Below the pieces are notes generated by a model. It did not search any database, had not been told where the DNA came from, and saw only the letters and a program-made list of their open reading frames with translations. DNA of 61,372 nucleotides, the filler included, from Sphacelaria rigidula (Eukaryota): assembly GCA_964200075.2 (NCBI GenBank). It is 9 parts of 9 records of this genome, joined end to end, with 100 filler letters (N's around TTAATTAATTAA, not from the genome) between each part and the next. Parts side by side here need not be neighbours in the genome. Positions count along the whole stretch, not along the records: positions 6,832 to 13,562 come from CAXNAA020018373.1; positions 13,663 to 20,393 come from CAXNAA020018374.1; positions 20,494 to 27,224 come from CAXNAA020018375.1; 6 more parts are not named here. The stretch is one strand, 5' to 3'. The position numbers and the translations under genes were made by a program. The stretch's first letter is position 1; each line of letters starts with the position of its first letter. Below are positions 12,902 through 25,826 of this stretch, in pieces.

Positions 12902-13450
12902 CCCTCCACTGTCTAGTCGTAGTTCTCATTTTCTTCACGACATTTCAACCGTAGATTGAGTGGGCACCAAAAATGTGATTTTCGATGCTCGTGGCCTGTG
13001 CCGCCTGACTGACCAATCATGTGTTGCCAGCATAGCTTCACACTGTAGTGTTGTTGTGGAATACGAAGTAGAGACAATCAGCAGCATGCAGTAGATTGTG
13101 TTCAGTGGAGAGGGATGGCACGCTCACTGTTTGTTGCCGCTGTATCCAGCAAAGACATACGACACACAGCGAGCATGCTGACTCTGCTCGCAATTGACTG
13201 CAGGGCCAAAACCAGTCAGGGGTTATCCGGGACTAGCTCCTAAATAGATGCCCCACATTCATGCGATTACGACAGGAGGCGTTTAATGTAGCGAGAAGAG
13301 AGCTGTCCTGACCCCAAAGGTATACTTCGTCTCAGTCCAATTGCGGGGGGGTCGCTGTTTAATGGTGAATTATGGGGAAAGCGCTGCATGGATAATGAGC
13401 CAGGGTGATGATCCCCAGAGAATACAGGTTCGTCCCGTGAACGGGGGAGG

Positions 13451-13562
13451 GGGTGTACTCATGATCATGCATACCGTAGTCATAAGACCATTGACCTCGC
13501 ATCCCTACACAGCCGGGATGGACCACGCCGGGTTTTCGCCCGACCAGGCTTGCACTCAAACC
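13451..13562 (-). mobile_element. Family A element, cut by contig end
   Basis: G-run followed by gtgtactcatgatcatgc...gccgggatggaccacgccgggttttcgcccgaccaggct. Confidence 0.85.
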
Positions 13563-13662
13563 NNNNNNNNNNNNNNNNNNNNNNNNNNNNNNNNNNNNNN
13601 NNNNNNTTAATTAATTAANNNNNNNNNNNNNNNNNNNNNNNNNNNNNNNNNNNNNNNNNNNN

Positions 13663-13795
13663 CGAAAACGTGCGGTCGAATCGAATTCGCTCGTTCCTGA
13701 TTCGTTCACGCTGTTCATTTTCTCAGATGGTTGAGAACATGAATGCCGTGGACGTATCAGGTACGAGCAAATTTGATTCCCCCGTACATTTTCGA
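13663..13795. mobile_element. Small (~125 bp) palindromic MITE-like element, second copy at 58721..58842
   Basis: cgaaaacgtgcggtcgaatcgaattcgctcgttcctgat ... atcaggtacgagcaaatttgattcccccgtacattttcg. Confidence 0.7.
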
Positions 13796-14324
13796 GTCAA
13801 GAACAGTTTGACAAGACACGGCCTGAGTGTGCGAGAGTGACACTGACAACACGAAACAGCGTGGTCGGATGGGAGATGACATTTCACTAAGGTACCCGCA
13901 CAACAACTAGCACCACAAAAGCAAGTGGAAGAGAGGAGACGTACTGCTTGATCCTAAATACTCCCCACAAGTTTGGAACGAACTGACGCCACGAGTTGTG
14001 GGCGTATAAACCAAATCTGGGCAAAGAAACGTTTGGACAACGGCACCAAAGGAAAACGTGCAAACGGCAACTAACATGCGCACGTGTTCCCGATTCATCC
14101 CTAACCTGGTTTGTTGCTCCAAACGCAAGCACGCCGTACCAGCGCACAGCCCCCCCAAAGTATGTTCAAATCTCAAAATTGGAGAGCGCAACAGCTCATC
14201 ACATATGCCACAGAAAATACGTTCGGACGACGAGATCAGTGGCCTGACGAACCCCCCCCCGCGTAATAGCAAAACCCGAAATCCCGCCGGGAACAAGACT
14301 ATTAAAAATGGAGTGGGAAGTCGC

Positions 14325-16016
14325 TTATCCCATAGCGTCGTCGAGATCCTCGTCCTCGTCGAACTCTCCCTCTTCCTCTGCCGTCGCGTCCTGGTATTGC
14401 TGGTACTCTGACACAAGATCGTTCATATTGGACTCGGCCTCGGTGAATTCCATCTCGTCCATGCCCTCTCCCGTGTACCTGGACATCACGAAGACACGTT
14501 CGACGTAAAACGTGAATGATCAGATCGAAAATTCATCGCACCCAGTAGAAGTGACACGGCAATAGAGTAATGCTGCGGTAGGGGTTGCACTTTCTGTTCA
14601 CGGATCTCTTTTCTGTCGGAGCCCATATACATTAGGCTTACAGTGCAACCCGACTCTCCGGGGACCGGACTCCCAGAAGTATGGTGTTTGCACGCAGGGG
14701 CCTTTTCGTGAATTGGCATCATTTTCAGCATTTTTCAAGTAAAAGTGATTCAGATTCACAAAATAATCGGTCCAACACCCCGAGCACCCCGGAAAAACGT
14801 TTTCGCCAGAAAGTACTCTATTAGTGGTTGAACAGCTTGTCTCAATGTCAACCAAGAGCTGCAAGAAACACACCGCTCAGCGCACGTGAGAAGTATACCA
14901 AGAAACGATACAACGCGATATCGAACAGGTCAATGAACGAGAGAGAGTTAATCACACACGACTGCCGAGGCTATCGTACGACCAGAGAAGGGTATGGCCG
15001 ACCGGGACCACGCGAACTACGTTCGACCCGGACTATTGTATACCAAATATGACCAATCTACGGCGCCGAGTATGATTCCATCTTGACAAGTCGAGACACA
15101 TACAAACAACACGCACGCGTGTGAACACACATCTGGCGACAGAGACTACGCATCGGGGCGCCGTTTGGAGCGTTCTTTGCACACCAGAGAGAACAAGACG
15201 GCTCGGCATCTCAATAAAACACGTCGTCCTCTGTGATGACCTGTACCGTTGTTGCGATGTATCCACCGCATCATACCGGGAATCGACCAAGATATGACAC
15301 GGCGACAGAAACTCTGCAGGCAAGAACTCGAGCGACCCGGAAAACCATTATTCCTGCGTGACAACGACCACCACAGAGACAAGAGAGTGGCGATAAATGA
15401 TAGCATGAGCAGCACTCACCAGTGGAGGAAAGCCTTACGCCGGAACATCGCCGTGAACTGCTCCGCTACGCGCTTCCACACCTCCTGGATTGCGGTGGTG
15501 TTGCCGACAAAGGTGGTGGACATCTTGAGCCCCTTGGGAGGGATGTCACAGATGGAGGCCTTGACGTTGTTGGGGATCCACTCCACGAAGTACGAGGAGT
15601 TCTTGTTTACCACGTTGAGCATCTGTGTATTTGGCGGTAGTCGGTGTGGAACAGAGGCGACACCAGTAAGTAAGCACTTGGTCAAATGACTATCATAGGT
15701 TGTTGGAGAGTGCGGCATGAGAGCGCAGGAGGCCGGACGGATGTCAGACGTGTTCATCGCTGTCGGTAGTCCGTTTCCGATCAGACGAATCGTGACATAT
15801 CGGCGATGGACCACCATTCACGAAGTCGTGCAACATGAGGATGATGACGGAGCTCGTGTACTCCACAACTCTCGCGGGACAAACACGATCTTGCACGCGT
15901 CCGGTCGATCAGTACATGAAGCACAGTGCGCTCCGACGACGGATTGACGCAAGCACCGGCGCCTGCAAAAGACAATCACGACGAAATACACACCTACCCC
16001 AGGAAACCCGCTTGGG

Positions 16017-16076
<60 letters not shown>

Positions 16077-19065
16077 GTCCATCGCCTGTCTGTGCGTCCA
16101 ACACACACCTGCTCGTCCACCTCCTTGGTAGACATTCGTCCGCGGAACATCACAGCGCAGGTCAGGTATCGCCCGTGGCGGGGGTCGGCGGCGCACATCA
16201 TGTTCTTCGAGTCGAAGCACTGCTGGGTCAGCTCGGGCACAGTCAGGGCGCGGTACTGCTGCGACCCGCGACTTGTCAAGGGCGCGAAGCCAATCATGAA
16301 GAAGTGTAGACGAGGGAACGGCACCATGTTTACCGCCAACTTGCGCAGATCGCAGTTCAGTTGCCCGGGGAATCGCAGGGAGCACGTGGTGCCGCAGATG
16401 GCCGCCGAGACCAAGTGGTTGAGATCGCCGTACGTGGGAGTGGTGAGCTTGAGAGTGCGGAAGCAGATGTCGTACAACGCTTCGTTGTCCAGGGTGAAGC
16501 ACTGGTCGGCGTTTTCCACCAACTGATGCACGGACAGCGTGGCGTTGTACGGTTCCACAACGGTGTCCGACACCTTGGGAGACGGGATGACGGAGTAGGT
16601 GGACATGACGCGGTCGGGGTACTCCTCACGGATCTTGGAGATGAGCAGTGTGCCCATTCCCGCGCCGGTCCCTCCGCCCATGGAGTGGGTCATTTGGAAG
16701 CCCTGGAGAGCGTCACACGACTCGGCCTCCTTGCGGACCACGTCCAATACGGAGTCGATGAGCTCGGCGCCCTCGGTATAGTGTCCCTTGGCCCAGTTGT
16801 TACCGGCACCGGTCTGTCCGAAGACGAAGTTGTCGGGGCGGAAGAGCTGGCCGAAGGGTCCCGCGCGAACCGAGTCCATGGTTCCTGGCTCGAGATCCAT
16901 GAGGATGGCGCGCGGCACATATCGTCCGCCCGTGGCTTCGTTGAAGTAGCAGTTGATTCGTTCGAGCTGCAGGTCGGAGTCGCCGTGGTAGGCTCCCGTG
17001 GGGTCGATGCCGTGCTCATCGGAGATCACTTCCCAGAACTTTGATCCAATCTGCCCGTTATATGAGTCGCGGCGTTGATTTACGGAGGTGAGGCGTTTTG
17101 GGAAGCTATTGGTTCCGGGCGATCGCCGGGCTCAAGGATTTGATTGCTGTGTGTGGTGAACGCAGCTGGGAGTCACTCGTGCTGTCCAATGCCTCAGTTT
17201 TTCGCACTGGAAAACTCGACGTTGTGTATTATGTTAGATGCCTTCCGTGTGCAGTGTGTATGATGCGGCACTCGTACAGCGCTCGGATCGAGGATACAAT
17301 GTTGCTAAGTTCTTCAGTTCGTGGGGTTCTCCCGCGGGCGAGTTCCGGCGGATGGTTGACAGTAGTACATATGTTCCTGACTGCTTGCTCATCTTGTTGA
17401 AAAAAAACAAGACTGATGGGTAATTTGGAACATGATGCGTTCGCTGTACGCGACCATTTACCTCACGCGCACAGCATTTGCAGCTAGTTATGTTCGCAGC
17501 GGCGGGGGGGGGTGTAACACGTTCTGCGACAAAGTTGGGATGATGGGCATGGACACGACAGGACTACCATCATTAGCACGCCAATTATTTTTCCCCAGTA
17601 CAAACAGTAAAGTGTAGAATTGGCTACAGGGGTTGCGCCGTGTCAGCGAGCACGGGACGAAGTGAGCTCCATCGCTTAGACTGTCTGCATTATGATATAC
17701 TGTTGTGCGACAACGTGATTCGGAAGAATCTGGCATGGTAGCTCCTCAACAGACAGTCGTGTATAAGGTGTACTGTCGGTACTATTTTCCGCTCTGTCTG
17801 TACAACACACAGTACAACAGTATTGGTTCCCACCTCTCATCAGCTGACATGATAAACTCATGGAAACTGAATGTTTTTCGCAAGGGTCGGGGCGAACTTG
17901 AAACTTGAAAGCAGGGCGAAAAGTGGATGGCTCTTCACAACGCGAAAATGAAAGACGGTTCTCAGAACCAAACAACAGCTCCACAACTGGCGAGAGGATC
18001 AAACAGCGACAGAGTTACTACCGCATTCGTTGCAAGCTATTTGTTTTTGCAATCGCTGTAGAACAACCCCGAAACAGCACCACTGATAGTATATGTCCAT
18101 CAGACCTGGCACTTCCCACGATTGGGCAAACGGTCATTTTGAACATCTCGGGAAACGCCGCACACTGCGATAGTCTCAAGTTGTGGCTCCTCAACAACTA
18201 GCTGCGGCTCTAAATACAGAGCCAAAAACTTGCGTACTATGATCCACATAAACCATACCCACCAGGGAAGACGAATGCCATCAATTACCTGCGATAACAG
18301 ACGCAAACGGTACAGCCGTTTGCTTGTGTGCGGTGGTGTTTATCGGGCTCAAGCAAGCTGAACCCCCCTGCAACGCACACTATGATGAAGATGTGCGCCT
18401 TGAGTTTCAAATCAGAAAGGAAAAAAAGAAGAAACGGCCACCGACCGACCCAGTCCAAGAAACAAAGTGCCGCGGACAGTGGTCATGAAGGTAGGCTACC
18501 CGCATCTGAAGAACGAACTACCGCCGGGCAAAAAAATAACAGTATGTTTGCTGATTCGCAGTCTTGTTGTTCGTTTTGTCATCCGATGAGCTACAGCTGC
18601 TCCCGCCCCGCGTTTTGCCTGTGCTCGGCAACTGCGTGCCAAAATTTCAAACGGCCATAAACCAACTTCTTCTGTTCGTGCTGGTGTGCAGGGGTTGCCG
18701 AAATACCCCAAACCCAAAACTCGATTCGGCGCAGTTGGAGTTGACTGATGCCAGGCAACACATATACGAACCCACACCAATACTGATAGCGTATATATCA
18801 CGCTTTCCGGTTATCATGTAACCCAGGCCCATCACCGAGGGAGGAGGGGGGGGAAGTTTACGGAGAACACAATAGTGCCAAACAGCCCACGGGCAGCCTC
18901 AGCTTTTTGTCAAACAACAGCCGTTTGCTTCGCCGAAAGCACACAAAAACTGCAAAACTTGGTGAAGGAAGAGGAAATGTCTATAAAAACAGGGCAGCCT
19001 CGCTGAGATGTTCATCGCACCTGGTTACCACACTGCCCCGCCTGTACGTGGACGATTTCCCTCAT
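14325..19065 (-). CDS. TUBB: Beta-tubulin, complete 4-exon gene (447 aa)
   Basis: Exons 19065..19021 ([15 protein letters not shown]), 17050..16109, 15622..15420 and 14478..14325, all GT-AG with consistent phases. Contains GGGTGAGMG and ends [26 protein letters not shown]. Confidence 0.98.
16019..16072. repeat. (CA)n microsatellite in beta-tubulin intron 2
   Basis: Directly visible; it explains the CVCVCV read-through in the ORF track. Confidence 0.95.
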
Positions 19066-19500
19066 GGTGTCTAAGGTTGTTGTCGTGAATGTGGCAGATG
19101 TAGCAGAGGTGGCAGCAGTTGTGGGCTGTTGGGTTGAGTATAGTCGTGGACTACACCGTGCTGTCTGTAGCTAAACTTTACACTTCAGCAGACATGCCAA
19201 CGTGAAACCCCAGAGGCGTGTTTTGTGTAACCGACGTTTTGTAACGAGATTTTCGTCGGTGTGTTGCAAGTTGCGCCGCAATTTCTGCCATTTGTGGGAG
19301 ATGGCTTCCGAGGATAGATAGATCGCGCGCCTGATTTTGCTGCTGCTGTAAAGCCGAGCTCGTCACACTAAACCGATCACCGGCTTACGTTCTCTATTAA
19401 TTTCCGTTGCTCTCCTGAAGGCGGTCGGTCGTCTCTGAAAAGCCGAAACACCTCGTCACGTCGTCACCTTCTCACTCTTCCTTTTTCAACGTAGACAACC
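19066..19500. promoter_or_regulatory. Putative bidirectional promoter and 5' UTRs between the divergent beta-tubulins
   Basis: Only 435 bp separate the two ATGs. Both have a (c/a)ACC-ATG context. Function inferred from geometry. Confidence 0.65.
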
Positions 19501-20393
19501 ATGAGGGAGATCGTGCACGTGCAGGCTGGGCAGTGCGGTAACCAGGCAAGTCCCGAGAGGTTGACAACGCTGCACTTGCAGTGAGCCGCCCATCGGTGCG
19601 TCCATGAAGTTCACATATTTTACCTGCGATACGGTCTTCCTCGTTGGATGCGCACTTACTTGACACGGTATTTTTGTTGCGTGCAACAACCACCGTCATT
19701 CAACCAAGTACTACCGCTCCGCCTCCTAGGATAGCAACGAGTAGGACGTAGCCGACCCCACCACCCGACGCCGCGAAGTTCGCATGGTGGGCGTCTTCAA
19801 TAGCTTTATTTTCACTGGAATGCTCGAAGCTTATATCTCCCGTACACATCCGAGATACCCCGACATCGCGTGTATATAGTGCTTGTTTTCTTGGCTGATT
19901 TTACGAGGAGCATTCCACGATAGTGTTGACTTGAGTCTCAAATCGTATCAGTCCGGGGTGAACATACACACAGCTGTAGTTCGGATGGTTATCCACAACC
20001 CACCCTCGGTGGTCGTAGATTTCAAGACCCACCGTGATGTAGGGGATCCCTGCACTTCTCACAGGATTACCGGCGGTTTTCAGGATTCGTCTGATGTAGT
20101 CACACAAAATAACGTGTAGACGCTTCGAAGGGGGAACCTCCAAAAGACCCTACTAGCAGTGAAGTAACCTGTCGGATCGCTCCCGTCGAGAACTGAGTCA
20201 CAGCGAAGCTGACATTGCGATGTATGCACACCACCGTCACAGATCGGGTCGAAGTTCTGGGAAGTGATCTCTGATGAGCACGGCATCGACCCCACGGGAG
20301 CCTACCACGGCGACTCCGACCTGCAGCTCGAACGAATCAACTGCTACTTCAACGAAGCCACGGGCGGACGATATGTGCCGCGCGCCATCCTCA
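19501..20393 (+). CDS. TUBB: Second beta-tubulin, 5' part (cut by contig end)
   Basis: Exon 19501..19545 ([15 protein letters not shown]|gcaagt, GC donor) and exon from 20243 (cag|[19 protein letters not shown]...YVPRAIL). Confidence 0.96.
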
Positions 20394-20550
20394 NNNNNNN
20401 NNNNNNNNNNNNNNNNNNNNNNNNNNNNNNNNNNNNNTTAATTAATTAANNNNNNNNNNNNNNNNNNNNNNNNNNNNNNNNNNNNNNNNNNNNGGGGAGC
20501 GGTGGATTCTCATTTCAAAATACCTTCTCATTTTTCTGGCAACCCTGTTA

Positions 20551-21030
20551 TAAGCGGTGTGTTCGTGTTCCTAAATGAGTGAGGACGCGACGAGAAGAAA
20601 CACGGAGGAAAACTACCCCGCCAAAAGTAATCCTGTTTCAAGCTTTGCATGATCTTCAACAGGCGTTTGTGGTTCGGGTTCTCTGTTTCAAGTTTTTCAT
20701 GATCTTGGAAGAGTTTTTTGTGGTCCGGGTTGCTGTTTCAAGATTTCCGTGATCTTCAATAGGCTTTCTTGTGGTTTGGGTTCTTGTTTCAAGTTTTCCA
20801 TCATGAAAAGGCCTTTGTGGTTCGGGATCGACACCCCGCGAAAAATGGCCAGTTCGAGCGACTTTCAGTGGCCAGAACACGCGCCACAGGTATCAGCTGA
20901 CACCCAAATCTGGACGGTAATGTACCGCTGAGCCTTTTCAGTGCGCTGCAAAAGAAAGCGCGGGGGGAAACGCCTTGCCGCCAGAGAAAAGTCTGCAACA
21001 ATGGTGAAAAATGTGAAAAGACACATGTAC
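20551..21030 (-). repeat. Dispersed repeat family D with an internal ~45-50-bp tandem unit
   Basis: Reverse match to 51968..52560 and 56704..57290 (ctgatacctgtggcgcgtg, tgaaagtcgctc, aagatcatggaaaacttgaaacagga). Confidence 0.85.
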
Positions 21031-23883
21031 ATATATAGGGATGCTCGGATGTCTTGGTAAGTACCTTGCGCATCCTGTGTCAGAGGTTTAGATCCCAACT
21101 CGAAAAACCGAGTCACTCGTGGCCATGTTCGCCGATCCCTCGACTCCTGATCGGCCTAGCTTGTAGTGCATGTTTAAAGGAATGCATACGTATATATAAA
21201 CAGATGAAAAGAGGAATTGTAAGGTGCCGACACAAATTAGCCACCATGAGAGACACGGATGTGCGAAAGCACCGCCATCACCTCCCGCATAAGATCAAAA
21301 ACTAAAGCGAGTTCACAGCAATCGTGACGATTCATGTTACGTGAGTTCATGGTGCCTTCTCCTATACGCAAGGCCAACACTTATCCGTTGTTCCTGTCCA
21401 CTACAGCACGGCGGGCGCATGAACGAACAACAGCATCATGCCAGGCGCGAGGGGAAAAAAAAAGCGAAGATTGTACTCGGCCGTACTGTTTTGACGGGCA
21501 CAAATCCTCTTCAAGAATCGGCGAAAAAACTCGAATGAAGCCATTTGTACTGTGCCATCAATCCCTACACTATCATAATAACCCCTGGGAAAAAAGCACA
21601 TTTTTGTTATTTCCGAGCATATGCTTCGTCCCCCTATGGCTCGACAACTAGCACAAGCTAGAAGATTCGTCAGTATACAGTAGCCACCCGTGTTTTGCAA
21701 CAGGGGGGGAAAAAAGAAAAAAAGAAAAAAAACTTGACAGGGACCAAAAAAACGTACATCTCGCCCAACTACAGTTGTATTTGCCAGGTACAATAATGTT
21801 GCTCGTCAAACGCTGTTGATGTATAGGGTTATACACACTCGCCATCACTCCGTCATTATCCACCCATCATACTTTCCGTCTTCTCTAAAAGCAAACCATA
21901 ATACAAAATGCGACCTCTCAGTAAACGACAAAACTTACCGTCGTATCATATGCCACTGAGCGTGCTCAAGCCCTTGTTACCTACAACTGGCAGCAGATCT
22001 GACTATACCGTTGTAACCGCCACGTTCACCAACATAACTCATCAAGTTCTGGCTGCGCGTGAGTATTCACACTCGCCGTCACTCACATAGTACCCAGCCG
22101 TCATGTTTTCATCCTTTTCAAACGGCGGAGCGCGACACCAAGACTTTCTCAAACAAAGTCACTGTCAATCGTATTCCAGAAGGGTGCTTGTGCGACTGAA
22201 TCCCCAGTCAAACAAATTCACGACTGACGAAAATATGGATTCATACCCTCCAGCCCCCGGCGCCAAATCGTCCACCCCGCACTCCTCTTCGCATACTTGT
22301 CCCAACACACATCAGGCGAAGACTAAGTACGACACACACAAACAGTTGTATAGAGACAAGAATCGAACATCAATACCTCCTGCACCGATTGCTTCGCACT
22401 CCTCATTAAACACCACCCACAAATCAGAATATCACCACGAGAACGAATAAACAAGGAAACGCGACCCCAAGGGGCCCGACAAAAATTTGGAGCGGCATCA
22501 AAAACAATCTTGTTGCCCTTCTCCCCCCTGTTCCCCTGTAAACACAACCGAATACCCGCCGCCTCCAACTTGTATGATCAACCCTGCTTTTCACCCGTAA
22601 ATTTCAAAGAATTATGGTGGGAAGATCAAAAGAGGAGAGCTATATGCGGCTGGGTTACATGGCTGGCTGAATCACACAGGGGGGGGGGGGGGGGGGGGAA
22701 AACCAAAACGGCCCTTGAGCCCCAATCTCTTTTTTTCTTTTTTCTCCGGGCGCCCCACACACCCCCCCNNNNNNNNNNGTGGTGCGGCGGGCCGTCTTTG
22801 GGGGTCTGTTTCGGGGAGCGGGGGGGGGGGGGGGGGGGGACAAACCGTAGTCGCGCATAGAGCCAAAATCTAGTTTTGAGCTCTGTCTCGCGCGCTTCAC
22901 GACGCAGACCCACACACACCCCGCTTCACTTTCTTCAGCACTTGAAGTTGGCGAGGGTCTTCGACTTCACTTGACCCTTGACCTTTATTCTCAAACGTCT
23001 CAACAGACACAAAACGGCATGACCACAGTAACCAAGAAAACCCAGCGAAATGTTTTTGAAACAACCCTAACGGAGGAACGCGACCCTATTGCTTAGTAGG
23101 AAGAGAGATTTGACTTTGTCTTTTGTCCTCTTCGGAGGGGGGGGGGGGCGTGGTGGCGAAACAAACCGTTTCTGTTCCTCCTTCCAAGCTGTTTTTCAAC
23201 AAGGAATAAGCACTGAAGTCCCTGGAGAAAACCAGCCATGAAAACCGCCTCCACTCCGAGGGAATGGACAAGACACCGCCGCCGCATGTTTCTATAAAAT
23301 GCGGACGAGCTATATGCGGTGACAAGTGAACTCTCAAGTGCCCACAATGAGCGCGTTCCTCGTGTTCCATTACCTTCTGAGTGATCGTAACACCGCTCCA
23401 TTACCCGCTCCAACCACCTAGCCTTGCTCCCCCATCCCTTCCCCCCGCCCTCCACCCGCGGCACACTCTTTGCTACTTGTTTTGCCAACTAAAATCCTCG
23501 AATACAGGACGCGACTTGCCCTTGCCACTGACTCACCGAGACCAGCCGCTCGGGCGTCGTCACGGTTATCACGGACAGTCTCCGTGTGGGCGTAAACGAT
23601 CAAAAGTAGGAGAAGCGAAAACCGAAGCAAACATAACGGGCACACGATGCAAACGCCGGGGGGGCATCAACACGGCGGAGAAAAGTTGGAGGGGGAGGGG
23701 GGAGAGAGATAATTCATCGTGGGGAGTGTAATCACGAGAAATACCCCCACCACACCACACCGTCCATCATGCTACACTGCGAATACAATTACTTCCAAAA
23801 CAGCACAGTAGCACGGCACAGACCCTCACCTCTCATAAACATGGAATACATACATGAGCTCATCGCCACGGCGGAGTGCTCAT

Positions 23884-25826
23884 TCATGCCACGTACGGCA
23901 CATTATGCGCAACGCTACGTCCACTGCAATCGTCACCATTGCCGCTGCGTCCTTTTCCCTCCCCACCCCCCTTCACCGCAACGCTCGCCAGAAACGCCTC
24001 CGTAAACAAGTTCGCGCGCGCGGCATAGAGCACCTTGTACGCCTTCAGTACCGATGGTTTTCCAATACCTGCTACCTCCGCCACCCGCGCTATCTGCAAA
24101 GAGTCCACCACTTTACCCTTGCTGTCCACCGTTGTAACCTCGTTGCTGCATGCCTCCTGCTCCCGCCATTTTCCCGGCGCACAAGCGGAACACGCCAACA
24201 GGACGGCTGCGGCGGCGACCGCCCTTGGCCGCATGCCGTCCACGAGGGAATCTGCAGTGGCGGATCTGGCGATATCCTTAGCGGCGAGGGTGACGTTCGC
24301 TTTGACAATAAGTTCGGTGCAGATTCGGGGAACGAAGTCCACGCCGCGGACGGAGGTCGATGTAGTGGATGCTGTGCCACTTCGATCCATGTGCATCTCT
24401 ACATACTGTCGGAAAATTGAGTCATCGAGCAGGGCAAAACGTAGGTGGTGGAGCGGGGAGATGGCAGGGTGAGTTTTGCTGCGTCAGGGAATAGGTTCAA
24501 GACGAGCGGGCGCACGGCACTACGCCAGGAGCGGGGGAAATGGATCACTCGTGTTTGGGGGCGTTTGCTTCGTCAAGGAGGACAGTGCACTTCACGTGGA
24601 CTAGGACCGCGGTACACCAACGACTAACAAGTGGCAGGAGCTGCATACTTTCTTCATCAGAGCTCAACACCACTTTAGCTGAAGGACTTCAGAAGGCGCG
24701 CGCACATCCACCACAAAATACCAGACGCCCAAACACCATCAAACACGGCGCGCCCACATACACCCTGTACAATTTTCCAGTCCCAACCGTGAAACCGGCA
24801 AGTTGTCCTCTCTTCACCTTTTTGGCCTTGTTGAAGCTTTGCAAGGTCACCATGTCTGAGAACGCCTCACAGAACCTCTTCACGCCCTGCCCACCCCCAC
24901 ACTGGTTGTTGGCGTGATATAGGGCAGCCAAGGCAATCCTCCTCCCGGTAGCCCCGCTCTTGTCCTTGAATTTTCCTTTGGTGCTGAGGTGATGCAGGAT
25001 CAAGCATGCGTGTTCCTGCACAAAATTTCACGCAAGGAAACACGTTTTTTAGGCGGGGTGAAGGGGATGGGAGGGGGGAGGGGGGGGACGCAGGGAAACA
25101 TACAGGGGGCGTATATTTGAGAATTATATTATGGGGACGTATAATACATAATACATGCAGTGCAACAGGATAGGCAAGTGAACACAGAGTAGACGAAGAC
25201 CGAGGGCCGGGGCGAACAACGAAGGTAGAGTAGGATGCTGAATGCTGACGCAAAAAACTCACCATTGAAGGGGTGTAGAGAAACAGTTAAGGGTTACGCA
25301 GACGTTCCTCGCAAGTACCTCCATTTAAGGCACGACGCCTGCCCGCCTGCCAGCAGGGCTCTCTCGCACATCCCGAGAATCACGCCGCAACAACGGCAAA
25401 GACACAAAAAACCTCCCGATTTGTATTATCCCGCAGTACAAGAAAACGATGGACATACCGTGTCGTGTCATGCACTGACGAAAATGAAAATCGTCTAGGG
25501 CAGGGTGCGAAACGGACAGCAAGAAGCGCAGAAACGAGGGCATGAAGTACCCGCGCGCGGGGGGGGAATCTCTTTACGGTTGTACACTTCTTTTTCCCTT
25601 CTTGTTCTTTTTTTTTTGCTCACCCGTGTGGTCTTGTTCAGGTTCAACTGGTTGGCGTACTCCTGGACATCCTTGTACCTCTCTTGCAGCTTTTGCTCCG
25701 CTCGCGAATTCTTCATCGCCACGCCTTGAATCTTCTGCAGATGGCGCATCTCTTTCGAATCGTTGCCCCCAGAAATGAACGTGTTCAAGCCTGATTCTCC
25801 CGACTGAAGCGGGCTAACGGCTCCTC
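23884..25826 (-). CDS. Divergent TFIIB-like (transcription initiation factor IIB family) gene, last three exons
   Basis: Exons 25826..25624 (GAVSPLQSGESGLNTFISGG...LNLNKTTR), 25015..24818 (EHAC...IALAALYHA...SFNKAKK) and 24405..23884 (..DFVPRICTEL..GMRPRAVAAAAVLLA..VAEVAGIGKPSVLKAYKVLY..*). Splice sites are canonical and in phase. Two cyclin-fold repeats are recognisable. The Zn-ribbon exon was not found. Confidence 0.85.

Noticed and set aside
15818..16108. ORF-track C-terminal extension of beta-tubulin (CVCVCV...)
   Set aside because: Read-through into intron 2 and its (CA)n tract; the true exon ends at 16109.
16092..17044. Long antisense/overlapping ORFs over tubulin, and similarly over the transporter and TFIIB-like exons
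   Set aside because: Shadow ORFs from GC-rich codon usage, with no independent motifs.
20650..20830. CRISPR-like spacing of gtttcaag units in family D
   Set aside because: Whole units are repeated with no unique spacers, there are no cas genes, and the context is eukaryotic; this is a minisatellite within a dispersed repeat.
24638..24670. Hammerhead-like gagct-CTGATGA-a-GAAA...agctc on the minus strand, also a possible extra TFIIB exon
   Set aside because: There is no stem II and no UH cleavage site. As an exon the phases do not fit, and the flanking exons already join in frame.
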